A stretch of DNA of 60,175 nt from Cyanophyceae cyanobacterium. GTDB taxonomy: Bacteria > Cyanobacteriota > Cyanobacteriia > Cyanobacteriales > Laspinemataceae. The DNA lies in contig JBBQFN010000033.1 in NCBI GenBank assembly GCA_038321985.1, positions 1-60,175 on the forward strand, read 5' to 3'. Positions 8,976 to 19,153 of the stretch are shown here, one piece after another. Position numbers and translations under genes: made by a program. Within the stretch, counting starts at the first letter, position 1. Each line of letters starts with the position of its first letter. The notes beneath the pieces are model-generated. The model was not told the DNA's origin. It was given only the letters and a program-made list of their open reading frames with translations, and made no database searches.

Positions 8976-9233
8976 ATGTCAACCTCGCCTGAGTCCGATC
9001 AATCTCCCGAATGCAAGCTGCTTTACGATTTGAAAGCCCGTGTGATCCAGACAGTTAGCGCCGATTTTATGATCCCTTTACAAAGTCTGCAACAGTCTAC
9101 TTACCTATTAGCCTGTTTTGGCAATACCTGGGAAATTAACACCTGCCTTCAGCATTTACACCGAATTCAAGAGGCTGTTGAACAGATGAATTTGTTATTA
9201 ACAGAGTGTCTGGAGGTGGAGAAAAAAGCCTAA
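8976..9233 (+). CDS. Small protein resembling an isolated histidine-kinase DHp (HisKA) domain without the phospho-accepting His
   Basis: DLKARVIQTVSADFMIPL...W...HLHRIQEAVEQMNLLL parallels the cyanobacterial HisKA pattern ELKSRF..SHEFRTPL...W...HL.RIQ.AV..M..LL; AGAGGT RBS upstream. Confidence 0.7.
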   Translation: MSTSPESDQSPECKLLYDLKARVIQTVSADFMIPLQSLQQSTYLLACFGNTWEINTCLQHLHRIQEAVEQMNLLLTECLEVEKKA

Positions 9234-10293
9234 TAAATCAGGGCATCACCCTAGATATTTAAGGTAAAATAGACTCCAGTTTTTCGGGAAGTTAACCCTT
9301 CTCCGTTGCTCTCAATTTAGCTATTTTTCTAATTTTTTCCTTCAACTAAGCCCCATCCCAATCCATTCTAGTTTAGCCAAATCTCGCCGTTGCTTCCTTA
9401 GAGTTTTCTGCCTGCGATCGCCGCTGCATACAAAAACGACTGATTAAGATTGGGGATCAGTTAAGTAAAATCTTTTCACGGCACTCCATTTGCTTAAATT
9501 TTCTGTCAATTAAGTACAGAATTATCAAAAATTGAAATAACAATTTACCGTAAAAGTCTCGTTTTGAGCATGACTCCCTCGAACCGCGGAAAATTCCGGC
9601 ACGAAGCGTGATAATAGTGATTGACTGACTCAGGCAAGGGGGCGGTGGAAACTAGCGCCTAATGTAGAGAGGGGACATTGGGGGTCGCCCCTAGGAAATA
9701 TCAGGGAAATTTTGGATCGGTAATAGGTGAGCTAAATTTTAGCATCCCAGTGGTACTCTTAAAAAGGCAAGGGGTGACATTGCCTTAGACTTGGCGGGTG
9801 ATCCAGTGTAGCTGTACCGGGTAATCGCCGTCTGCCACTTGCCACAGCGCGATCGCAGTGATGCGATCGCATCAGGAGAAGAGCCATCCCTGCTCTAGTC
9901 AACCCTGCGTTTGCAAGGCTAGATCAATTCTTGTTCCAGTAATCCCAGGCTTCTGGGATGGGAGATCAAACGGCGATCTCAGCAGTACGATGGTAGCCAG
10001 AACTTCTGAAAGAGTCCCTTGTCAGGTCATGAGATCGCAGCTTCAGGCGATCCCGGGCTGAGGAGACTCCACTTCGATTTTCTCCTCTCCAAGTCGAGGG
10101 TTAATTCTAATCAAACTCGATTATGCAAACGATCCCGATCTCGATTGCCTCAATCGGTACTAAACCCCATCTACATTGAAAGAAAACTGGAATTCCCCTC
10201 ACCGGATGTCCCTCTGTCAAAAGAATTCTGTTGAGGCTGAAATCTTTTTTCTCATTCTCGTTAGTTCCCTGCATTCTTATATACTGGCATCTC

Positions 10294-11040
10294 ATGAAAC
10301 CTAAGTGGCTGTTTTTTTTAGCGCTCTTAACCCTCTTTTTGTTTGGAATTCGCGAGGCTAAGCAGATCCAAAAAGACCCGATCCCCACTGCTGCTGTTAC
10401 CACAAAAAGAGCAGCAAATTTTCCTCTAGTCCGGGGAAGCTACTGGGTTTATGAAGGGAGTACAAAGTGGATGCCCCCAAATTCAGGCGAAGTTAACCAA
10501 ACCACTGTCACCTGGAAAATGGAAGTGGTAGACACCTTTGAACGCGGGACCTTAAACGTCGCTATTTTGAAAGGACATCCGGCTGATTTAGCCTGGTATC
10601 AGGAAGGAAAAGAGCGGGGAGATTATCTGATGATTGAAGTCTCCCCGGGAAAATTTTATTTAGTTGGAGGGGAAAGAGCCAAACTCGTCTTACAACGATT
10701 AATTAATGAGGCGGATGTTTTGGTGAACCTAGTTGAAGATGCGGAACTTTTTTTAGAGATGCCTTTAATTCCGGGAAAAGTATTTGGTCCATCGGAACAA
10801 ATCACTCGCCTAGATGGAGGGTATCGATGGAACGTGGAGACATCAGAAGAAGTTCGCCTAGGGAACGAAATTTCATCCCAGGAGAGTCACCTCCAGTATC
10901 ATTTAACATTCCGAACTGCACCGGATATTTTGAGCATTGATTTTGTTCCGGGGATTGGCATTACTCGATACCAATATCAACATCACGGAGCGATCGCAGA
11001 AACCGACATAAACTTAATTGAATATTACTCGGGAAATTAG
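10294..11040 (+). CDS. Hypothetical exported or membrane-anchored beta-rich protein
   Basis: Long ORF with a hydrophobic N-terminus (MKPKWLFFLALLTLFLFG); FPL..GSYWVY and FVPGIGI motifs. Confidence 0.7.
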   Translation: MKPKWLFFLALLTLFLFGIREAKQIQKDPIPTAAVTTKRAANFPLVRGSYWVYEGSTKWMPPNSGEVNQTTVTWKMEVVDTFERGTLNVAILKGHPADLAWYQEGKERGDYLMIEVSPGKFYLVGGERAKLVLQRLINEADVLVNLVEDAELFLEMPLIPGKVFGPSEQITRLDGGYRWNVETSEEVRLGNEISSQESHLQYHLTFRTAPDILSIDFVPGIGITRYQYQHHGAIAETDINLIEYYSGN

Positions 11041-11281
11041 GAGTTTGAACAGGGACAGAATAAACCTGAACTTGAGGGAATGCGATCGCCCTTGTGTAAA
11101 CCCGCTTGACTCCTAACATCTCGGCCCGATCCCTATCCATCTCCTCGGCTTTTTTTTTCAACCTTTCTCGCACCCCCTGTTTTTACAGGAGTTAAAAGTT
11201 GAGGAATGGAAGCCGAGCCCTCACTCTTGTCAGAATGGGGGGTTTAATTTCAGGTAACCGAGGCAGCACTTCTCCCCTAGA

Positions 11282-11923
11282 CTAGCTGACTGCGGGGGCA
11301 GCTACCAACTGTCCCACCCCTCTATTGGTTCTGTAATCCTTGGACGGGGTTGGAGAGACTGAGAGTTCATTAACTCGCTGGATTACATTCAGAAAATCTT
11401 TCACTTCTGAGGGACTACGAAGAATAAAAACTCGCTTATTTCCACAACATTGATCAATTTTTTCACGCACCAGGGAGCGTTCCTGTTTGATATAGTTAAA
11501 AATCTGCTTCAAGCATTGACGAAACCCATTTTTATGACTTTTTTCTGGGTAATGGCTTAGGAAACTTCTCCTAAATTGACCTTGGGATTGAAACCTTCTT
11601 TTTAACACGCGCCACATACAAACATTTTGGGGTAAATCTAACCAAATAATTGTATCGGCAGCCGCAAAGCGCCGCTCATATATAAAGTCTTGATTCCTGG
11701 GATCTCTATCTCCTTCTATAATCCAAGCGGGTTGTTGAAGATAGCTTTCTAAAAGGTTTTTAGGATTAGATTCTGTAGAAACTATTTCCCCCGATTTAGA
11801 CAAAATAGAATCAGCATGAATGACCTCTATATCCACGATTGAACATAGATGACGAGCTAGGGTAGTTTTTCCTGAGCCTCTAGGACCAATAATCGCTATT
11901 TTTTTCATGTTTCTGCTGTTCAT
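11282..11923 (-). CDS. P-loop nucleotide-kinase-like protein (FlaR/topology modulation family)
   Basis: KKIAIIGPRGSGKTTLA, WIIEG, ADTIIWLDLP...CMWRVLKR; start is 11923 or 11908. Confidence 0.8.
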   Translation of the reverse strand: MNSRNMKKIAIIGPRGSGKTTLARHLCSIVDIEVIHADSILSKSGEIVSTESNPKNLLESYLQQPAWIIEGDRDPRNQDFIYERRFAAADTIIWLDLPQNVCMWRVLKRRFQSQGQFRRSFLSHYPEKSHKNGFRQCLKQIFNYIKQERSLVREKIDQCCGNKRVFILRSPSEVKDFLNVIQRVNELSVSPTPSKDYRTNRGVGQLVAAPAVS

Positions 11924-12943
11924 TAAATTTGTTTCCTCGGTTATTGTTCTCAATCTTACTCTAATAACTTGAAAACTATTCTCTATCGGAGAGTATAGAT
12001 TTATCTAATACTTTTGCCTACATTAGGGGGAAGTTAGCCTATTAATTAACCTAGAGAATGATGGGTTACATTCGGTTAAGTTGATTACGACTTACTTGAG
12101 TAGTCAAAATGAATTAAATATCTAACTAAGGTCTAAGACTTATTAAAGAATTTGTAAAGTTTGTAACCGAAATTAGAAATATTTTAAAGAGAGTGTAAAG
12201 AGAGGGGTAGTGGATTTTTCTGCGGGCAGTCTAAATCCCAGTTGATAGGTATGTATGATAAAGCCTATCTATGCCTTTTGAAATCTATCCAAATATATAT
12301 CTCCGTATATTCCACAGGCTCGTAGCAACAAGCCGGAATCACACCAACAGTAGAAAGCCGTTTAAATTAAAGGGTAAAGGATTTTCTTTGCCTCATCTAC
12401 GTTTTAACTCTTTCCCCCTTTCGTCCCGGGCAGATTTTTGGGCGAATCGGTCTATAGGCTGAGTTTAGCTGACAGAACCCTTTTTTTTGCTCTCTCTAAA
12501 TGTAGATTTGTTAAGAGGTCCGTATTTATACGCAGCCAGGGGAAGCAGGGGAAAGAGCAGAAAATCGGGAGGTGGGAACTCCTCAATCTCGATCGCCCTG
12601 TTAATGGCGGTCCTGACGGCACCCTCCCGAATCCTGATACGGTTGCCATCGGGGCAAAAATTAATAAAATGTAACAATCAGGTAATTAGGACTGGGGAGA
12701 ATTTCACCAAACCGACAGGGTAGGAGTATCAGTCGCCCTGGGGGGATCGAGAAACGCCAATTAGGAACTGCGATCGAGGGCGATCTCCTGTGGCATTACG
12801 ACCCGAATTGCTCAGGGTAACCCCGTGATGCAGCCCCCCAAACTCAGGGAATGGCAACGATCCCCAGTGCCAATTCCAGGCAAGGAGTGCGGTAGTCTAG
12901 ATTGAAGTACCGTATTCGGCATAAGCCAATCAACTTCAAGATT

Positions 12944-13912
12944 ATGAACTCTACTGTTTCCGGTCCTCCCCTCACCGTTCACATTGGATCGAGAAAAAGC
13001 CAATTGGCTTTAGTACAAACCCATTGGGTGCAAGAACAACTCCATAAACATTTTCCCGATCGCCGGTTTGAAGTTCATACTATGAGCACTCAAGGGGACA
13101 TCATCCTAGATGTTGCCCTTGCCAAAATTGGGGATAAAGGGCTGTTTACCAAAGAACTAGAAGTGGGGATGCTTCAGCGAGAAACCGATCTCGCCGTCCA
13201 TTCCCTCAAAGATCTTCCGACCAACCTCCCCGAAGGCTTAATCCTCGGATGCATCACCGCACGGGAAAATCCCGCTGATGCCTTGGTGGTCCATGAAAAA
13301 CACAAAGACAAGCAACTTGATACCCTACCGCCAGGGGTAGTTATTGGTACCTCCTCACTCAGACGGTTAGCTCAGTTGCGTCATCACTATCCCCATCTGG
13401 AGTTTAAAGATATTCGGGGGAACCTGAACACAAGATTAGCGAAACTGGATGAAGGACAGTATGACGCGATTATCTTAGCGGTAGCTGGGTTACAACGATT
13501 GGGAATGGCCGATCGCATTCATCAAGTTATTCCTGCTGAAATCTCCTTACACGCTGTGGGACAAGGTGCCCTAGGGATTGAATGCCGCGCCAACGACCCT
13601 GACATTCTGGAACTGATCAAAGTGCTTGAACATTGGGAAACCGCTCAACGCTGTTATGCAGAACGGGCGTTTTTACGCAGACTTGAGGGGGGTTGTCAAG
13701 TCCCTATTGGTGTAAATACTGAGATTCAAGGCGATCGCCTCACCTTAACCGGAATGGTTGCTAGTCTCGATGGCAAAAGACTGATCAAAGAGTCCATTGC
13801 CGGTCCTGCCAACGACGCCGAACAACTAGGCATCCAACTCGCCGAAACCTTGCGTCAAATGGGTGCGCAAGAAATCCTAGAGGAAATCTTTGCTCAAATC
13901 CAGCGCAGTTAA
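12944..13912 (+). CDS. hemC: Hydroxymethylbilane synthase (porphobilinogen deaminase)
   Basis: [44 protein letters not shown]. Confidence 0.97.
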   Translation: MNSTVSGPPLTVHIGSRKSQLALVQTHWVQEQLHKHFPDRRFEVHTMSTQGDIILDVALAKIGDKGLFTKELEVGMLQRETDLAVHSLKDLPTNLPEGLILGCITARENPADALVVHEKHKDKQLDTLPPGVVIGTSSLRRLAQLRHHYPHLEFKDIRGNLNTRLAKLDEGQYDAIILAVAGLQRLGMADRIHQVIPAEISLHAVGQGALGIECRANDPDILELIKVLEHWETAQRCYAERAFLRRLEGGCQVPIGVNTEIQGDRLTLTGMVASLDGKRLIKESIAGPANDAEQLGIQLAETLRQMGAQEILEEIFAQIQRS

Positions 13913-13975
13913 TCCAGGCAAGGGAGAAATTTTACCGGGATAGTGCGGGTGAACACCTTCCCCTCATGAATTTTA

Positions 13976-14006
13976 GTAGAGACGCTGCCTTTAAACGCGT
14001 CTCTAC
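13976..14006 (+). repeat. GTAG-type REP-like palindrome
   Basis: GTAGAGACGC...GCGTCTCTAC; same family as 16326-16355. Confidence 0.7.
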
Positions 14007-14042
14007 TTCACCCCTCCACTCAGAGCATCTGAGACTTCACCT

Positions 14043-14735
14043 ATGAGTTATTCCATCAACCCGTTTAACCTGGCGCTACAGTTTACCCTCAAATGGGAAG
14101 GAGGGGACGGACACCCCCAGGACCTCGCAGGTGCCGTCAATCGTGGCATTAGCCAAGCCACCTACGATACCTATCGTCGCAATAAAGGCTTACCGGTTCA
14201 AGCCGTGAGCTTACTGACGGATTCAGAACAAGAAGATATTTATTATCACAGTTACTGGAAACTTTCCAAAGCCGATTTAATGTGTTTGCCCTTGAGTATT
14301 GTTCACTTCGATACCGCCGTCAACTTTCATGTCCCCGGCAGCATTGAATTTTTACAAGAAGCGATCGGCGGATTAAGCATTGATGGTAAATTTGGCGCGA
14401 ATACTCAACTGGCCTTAGATAAATATAATAATCTGGAAACTGCCAAACGCTATTGTCATAGCCGGATTGCCTATCGTTATCAGCGAGTTAAAGCTAATCC
14501 TAGCCAACAGCTATTTTTAGAGGGATGGTTGCGCCGCGATCGCGATTTATTAACCTATATTGAGCAATTAGCTCAAGACGGGACCGCGACTCCCGGATTG
14601 AGGAATGACACCCCAGTGCAGGAAACCCCTACGCCGGAAAAATCAGAACCCAAATCAGAAGAAGTCTTCAAAAAACTACAGCAGGCGATCGCCTTGCTGC
14701 AAGATGTAGTCGATACCCTTAAAACCACCCGGTAG
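14043..14735 (+). CDS. Glycoside hydrolase family 108 muramidase with peptidoglycan-binding domain
   Basis: LKWEGG, NRGISQATY, HFDTAVN, LQEAIG..IDGKFG..T, NPSQQLFLEGWLRR. Confidence 0.85.
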   Translation: MSYSINPFNLALQFTLKWEGGDGHPQDLAGAVNRGISQATYDTYRRNKGLPVQAVSLLTDSEQEDIYYHSYWKLSKADLMCLPLSIVHFDTAVNFHVPGSIEFLQEAIGGLSIDGKFGANTQLALDKYNNLETAKRYCHSRIAYRYQRVKANPSQQLFLEGWLRRDRDLLTYIEQLAQDGTATPGLRNDTPVQETPTPEKSEPKSEEVFKKLQQAIALLQDVVDTLKTTR

Positions 14736-14878
14736 CCCTCATCCCCCCAGGGCCACCCATCCCCAAATTGCTCCCTAGCTGTCCATTTTTTGATCCAAAC
14801 CTCTCCACCCTGTCTCGCATCCAGGATACCCCCCGGCAGGTATGATGGCGGTACGGACAATTTAAGGGAACTACGCCT

Positions 14879-16309
14879 GTGAAGTTAAAAATATTATTTG
14901 TCGCCGCAGAAGCGGCTCCCATTGCTAAAGTCGGTGGCATGGCGGATGTAGTCGGATCCCTGCCAGCAGTTCTCAGACAGATGGGACATGACGTTCGGAT
15001 CTTTCTTCCCTACTACGGCTTTCTTCCAGATAAAATGGAGATTCCCGAGGACCCGATCTGGTCCGGCTATGCCATGTTCCAGGATTTCTCCGTCTATGAA
15101 ACCGTACTGCCGGGAACCGATGTCCCGTTGTATTTATTTGGACATCCCTCGTTTATCCCCCGTCGCATTTATGCAGGGGAAGATGAAGAGTGGCGGTTTA
15201 CCTTATTTTCCAATGGTGCGGCAGAGTTTGCTTGGAACTACTGGAAGCCCGATTTAATTCATTGTCATGACTGGCATACCGGGATGATTCCCGTTTGGAT
15301 GAATCAATCTCCCGATATTGCCACCGCCTTCACAATTCATAACTTAGCTTATCAAGGACCTTGGCGCTGGAAGTTAGAGCAGATGACCTGGTGCCCCTGG
15401 TATATGCAGGGTCATAATACAATGGCCGCAGCAGTTCAGTATGCCAACCTCGTCAATACGGTTTCTCCCACCTACGCCGAGCAAATTAAAACCCCTGCTT
15501 ATGGCGAAACCCTAGAAGGGTTAATGTCTTTTATCAGCAGTAAATTAGTGGGAATTGTCAACGGAATCGATATCGATTCCTATAATCCCGAAACCGATAA
15601 ATATCTGGAGCAAAACTTTTCCGCTGAAACCATCGAGACGCGGATTGCCAACAAAATTGCTTTGCAAGAAGAAGTGGGTTTGGAGGTGAATAAAAAAGCC
15701 TTCTTAATTGGGATGGTAACGAGATTGGTCGAGCAAAAAGGGTTGGATTTGACAATTCAAATTCTAGACCGATTTATGGCTTATACCGATTCCCAGTTTA
15801 TTTTACTCGGCACCGGCGATCGCAACTATGAAACCCAAATGTGGCAGCTAGCGACCCGCTATCCCGGTCGTATGGCAACCTATTTATTGTACAATGATGG
15901 ACTGTCGCGCCGCATCTATGGGGGCAGTGATGCTTTCCTGATGCCCAGCCGCTTTGAGCCCTGTGGAATCAGTCAATTATTAGCTATGCGCTATGGCTGT
16001 GTTCCCATCGTTCGTCGCACCGGAGGTTTGGTGGATACCGTCAGTCACCACGAACCCATGACGAACAGTGGAACAGGCTACTGTTTCGATCGCTACGAAA
16101 CCTTAGACTTGTTTACCTGCATGATCCGCGCTTGGGAAGGCTTCCGTTATAAGGATTATTGGCAAAAGCTTCAAGTGCGAGGGATGCAGCAGGACTTTAG
16201 CTGGAATAAATCAGCGAAAGAGTATGTCAAGATGTACCATTCCATCTATGGCATTACGGAAGAACCTGAAGCCCTCGAAGCCGCAGCCGAAGTAACTACA
16301 AAATCCTAG
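14879..16309 (+). CDS. glgA: Glycogen synthase
   Basis: [42 protein letters not shown]. Confidence 0.97.
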   Translation: MKLKILFVAAEAAPIAKVGGMADVVGSLPAVLRQMGHDVRIFLPYYGFLPDKMEIPEDPIWSGYAMFQDFSVYETVLPGTDVPLYLFGHPSFIPRRIYAGEDEEWRFTLFSNGAAEFAWNYWKPDLIHCHDWHTGMIPVWMNQSPDIATAFTIHNLAYQGPWRWKLEQMTWCPWYMQGHNTMAAAVQYANLVNTVSPTYAEQIKTPAYGETLEGLMSFISSKLVGIVNGIDIDSYNPETDKYLEQNFSAETIETRIANKIALQEEVGLEVNKKAFLIGMVTRLVEQKGLDLTIQILDRFMAYTDSQFILLGTGDRNYETQMWQLATRYPGRMATYLLYNDGLSRRIYGGSDAFLMPSRFEPCGISQLLAMRYGCVPIVRRTGGLVDTVSHHEPMTNSGTGYCFDRYETLDLFTCMIRAWEGFRYKDYWQKLQVRGMQQDFSWNKSAKEYVKMYHSIYGITEEPEALEAAAEVTTKS

Positions 16310-16325
16310 AGTAGTTCTCCACTGA

Positions 16326-16355
16326 TGTAGAGACGCGAAATTTCCCGTCTCTACA
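16326..16355 (+). repeat. GTAG-type REP-like palindrome between convergent genes
   Basis: TGTAGAGACGCGAAATTTCCCGTCTCTACA. Confidence 0.75.
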
Positions 16356-16376
16356 GGTGTTCAATTGAGACCCTGA

Positions 16377-17300
16377 TTACCGCCCTAAAATTTGAGCACG
16401 GATAAAGTCTTCGGGATTTTCTGCAACCCATCCTTCTTCGGAAGAGGCGCGAACTTCAAAATGCAGATGGGTTTCGCTGATATCAGGGTTACCCGAAGCC
16501 CCGACGCTGCCAATTTGCTGAGATTGCTGCACCTGAGCTCCCACCGTAACGGCGATCATACTCAGGTGAGCGTACCGCGTTTGCTTACCCCCGGAATGAT
16601 TAATCACGATGAGATTGCCATAAGCACCGCGATCGCCTGCAAAAACAACCACCCCATTATCGGCAGCTAATACCGGCGTCCCTACAGCCGCTTTGTAATC
16701 AATTCCACTATGAAACTTCGGTTCGCCACTATCGGAATTTAACCGAGTATAGCCATATCTTAAAATAGGTTCTGCTTCCACGGGCAAAGGATAACCCGGA
16801 ACTGGATTCAACGCCGGATCTACAAAAGAACTCACTGTTACTGACCCTTCGGGATTGGTTCTTGACCAAATGACTCCCGGGACAAATACCACTAAAGGGG
16901 GGGAGATTAGACAGCCATTATTATCAAAAATTGCTGCTCCCGGTATCTTATAAATTGCCTGCAAGTCTGTCCAGCTTTGTCCCGGTTGTACCCGAACCTC
17001 TATCCCATCCAGGGGGGGAATCCGAATTTCGGTTCCCACTGGCGCTAAACCGTTTTGGAGGGGGGGATTCATCCCCATGAGGGTTTCCGGTTTAAGTTCA
17101 TATTGGGCGGCGATACTTTCTACAGTCTCACCGTTGGCGATGCGATGACGTTGAATGCGATCGAGTACCGGGAGTCCCAAAATTTCGGGACAATTATTGG
17201 TCTCGGATTGGGTAGAATTGGCGGTGGCACTCCAGGAAGTCAGAGTTAGGGAAAGCAGGGTGGGCCATAAAATCAGCCAACGAGATAAAGTCATTACCAT
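16377..17300 (-). CDS. LysM-domain M23 family peptidase
   Basis: Signal peptide, LysM (HRIANGETVESIAAQY), M23 motifs HSGID, YAHL, HLHFEVR. Confidence 0.92.
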   Translation of the reverse strand: MVMTLSRWLILWPTLLSLTLTSWSATANSTQSETNNCPEILGLPVLDRIQRHRIANGETVESIAAQYELKPETLMGMNPPLQNGLAPVGTEIRIPPLDGIEVRVQPGQSWTDLQAIYKIPGAAIFDNNGCLISPPLVVFVPGVIWSRTNPEGSVTVSSFVDPALNPVPGYPLPVEAEPILRYGYTRLNSDSGEPKFHSGIDYKAAVGTPVLAADNGVVVFAGDRGAYGNLIVINHSGGKQTRYAHLSMIAVTVGAQVQQSQQIGSVGASGNPDISETHLHFEVRASSEEGWVAENPEDFIRAQILGR

Positions 17301-17483
17301 TCCAGGGTGAGCGGTGAAATTGAACCCATATCAGAATTCAGGCTAATTTCGGAAAATCAAGGTTTTTGGATCGATATTAACATAATTTTTCAGAGAGTGC
17401 AGTCTGCCAACTGGTTCTTGTTAACAAATCCCATTTACTTATCCCTGTTTTTCATAACCTATCAACACCCTTATTTCCCCCTA

Positions 17484-17698
17484 TTCGTAGTAACGACTTG
17501 CTGTCGTTATCTTCCGGGTTGACCATCTCCACAAATTAAAGATATTATTCTGACAACTCCTTAGCATTTTCTAATTGAAATCAGGGCTGTAATATGATTA
17601 CATGACTATAATTATAGTGCTTCTTGTTCTACCCCAAAATAATGTAGGGGCAATTTGCAAATTGCCCTTAAGAAACGACTGAAATCGTTACTACGAAC
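17484..17698. repeat. Composite REP/REPIN-like cluster
   Basis: Inverted units TTCGTAGTAACGACTTGCTGTCGTT (17484-17508) and AACGACTGAAATCGTTACTACGAAC (17674-17698) enclose a second palindrome GTAGGGGCAATTTGCAAATTGCCCTTA (17644-17670). Confidence 0.7.
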
Positions 17699-17969
17699 AT
17701 TGGAAAATGCGGGAAATTGGGGTGTTTCCAGCGGACTAAATGCCAACAATCCCGTCCGAATTACTCGAACGGGATTGTCTCTTATCGGAGATTATTAAAA
17801 AGGCCAAGGGCCTGGGTTATGAACACCTCTATTCGATGCGGTTTGTTATGCTTCTACTGTATCTGAATCCTGGGTTCAAGATTATCCCCCTTTGGATAGA
17901 ACTGAATGAGCCAGCAGAGAGAGACTTGGTGGAGGAGGTCCCTTGATTGTTGCCAGTCAAGGAGTGGAC

Positions 17970-18854
17970 TCACCCTAAAATCCCAGCAATCATTCCGGCG
18001 AGTAACACAAATCCGATCCAAACATTTTGACCAAAAATTTGGCCGTAAGTGGTGGGGGGGATGTCTTCCTTTCGCAGTTGTAGATATTCCCAACTCCACA
18101 GGAGAACCGCGATCGCCACCGATAGCCAGAAGGGGAAGCTCAGATGTAAGACAATTCCCTCCCAAATCAACAATCCAGCGGTGGCGAGAAAGAAGACTCC
18201 AACGGCTTCGGCAGCCAGACTGCCAAAAAATAAAGCACTGGAGTTCACCCCCAGACGGCGATCATCCTCGCGATCGCTCATGGCATACACCGTATCAAAT
18301 CCCAAGGTCCATAACACCGTGGCTCCCCATAAAATCCAGGTAGAACCCTCTAAGTGAGATACTGCCGCACTCCAGCTAATCAGTACCGCAAATCCCCAGG
18401 CGATTGATAGGACCAACTGGGGAACTGGAAAAACTCGTTTTGCCAGGGGGTAGCCAATAATCACCGGCACTGCCGCTACAGATAAGCCAAAACTTAGGGG
18501 ATTGAGATACAGTGCCAAAATGGCAGCACAGCCAAAGGCGACGATTGCTACCCCTATTCCAACTTTGATGGAAAGTTGGCGGGATGCCAAAGGGCGATCG
18601 CGGGTGCGTTCCACCTGGGGATCAATATCCCGATCCCACAAATCATTCACCACGCAACCAGCGGCACTGGTTGCCAAAGACCCTAAAATAATCACCCCGA
18701 CGAGGAGCAACGGGGGGGTTCCTTGAGCAGCCAAAAATACCGCCCACAGCGCGGGAATCATTAAAATCAAGCGTCCAGCAGGTTTGTTCCACCGTAACAG
18801 CCGAATTACGGCTTGCCAGGTGGGTTCGCTTGGGTTGGGTTGTGACGTCAACAT
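17970..18854 (-). CDS. ubiA: 4-hydroxybenzoate solanesyltransferase (UbiA/PlqA)
   Basis: LLRWNKPAG, NDLWDRDID..VERTRDRPLAS, FDTVYAMSDREDD. Confidence 0.93.
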   Translation of the reverse strand: MLTSQPNPSEPTWQAVIRLLRWNKPAGRLILMIPALWAVFLAAQGTPPLLLVGVIILGSLATSAAGCVVNDLWDRDIDPQVERTRDRPLASRQLSIKVGIGVAIVAFGCAAILALYLNPLSFGLSVAAVPVIIGYPLAKRVFPVPQLVLSIAWGFAVLISWSAAVSHLEGSTWILWGATVLWTLGFDTVYAMSDREDDRRLGVNSSALFFGSLAAEAVGVFFLATAGLLIWEGIVLHLSFPFWLSVAIAVLLWSWEYLQLRKEDIPPTTYGQIFGQNVWIGFVLLAGMIAGILG

Positions 18855-19153
18855 TACATTTACTGAAATTAATTCGCGACAGGTTTCAGTAATACGATAT
18901 CGTTATCTTGGGTTCAACAGTGGAATCGATCCCTGACCCAGGGATATCGGTTGGATGCAGACGGGCATTCAGAGCGAAAATTTGTCAATGCCTCCATCAG
19001 AAACCTCCGGGGGTGGGTTAACGCAATCCAGCACACAGGATGCCAAATTTCGGATTTTTATGAGGAGTGTTTCGATAATTCCACTTCGATTCCGGCTTGC
19101 ACCCACGATTTAACTAACGCGATCGCCGCATTAATCTCCTGGAGGGAAAAACA

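Noticed and set aside
9858..10234. Short ORFs of 67 and 71 aa
   Set aside because: No recognisable motif or RBS; they lie in the hairpin-rich region.
12151..12168. HLR1-like pair TTTGTAAA-GT-TTGTAACC
   Set aside because: Core spacing is 9 bp rather than 10; AT-rich background makes chance likely.
12271..12723. Overlapping small ORFs and a possible riboswitch upstream of hemC
   Set aside because: The ORFs lack motifs; one stem (TCGGGAGG/CCTCCCGA) is present but no riboswitch core is recognisable.
17740..17946. 68-aa ORF faintly like a GNAT C-terminus (LLSEIIKKAKGLGY...LY...GF)
   Set aside because: No acetyl-CoA motif; similarity too weak to call a pseudogene without a search.
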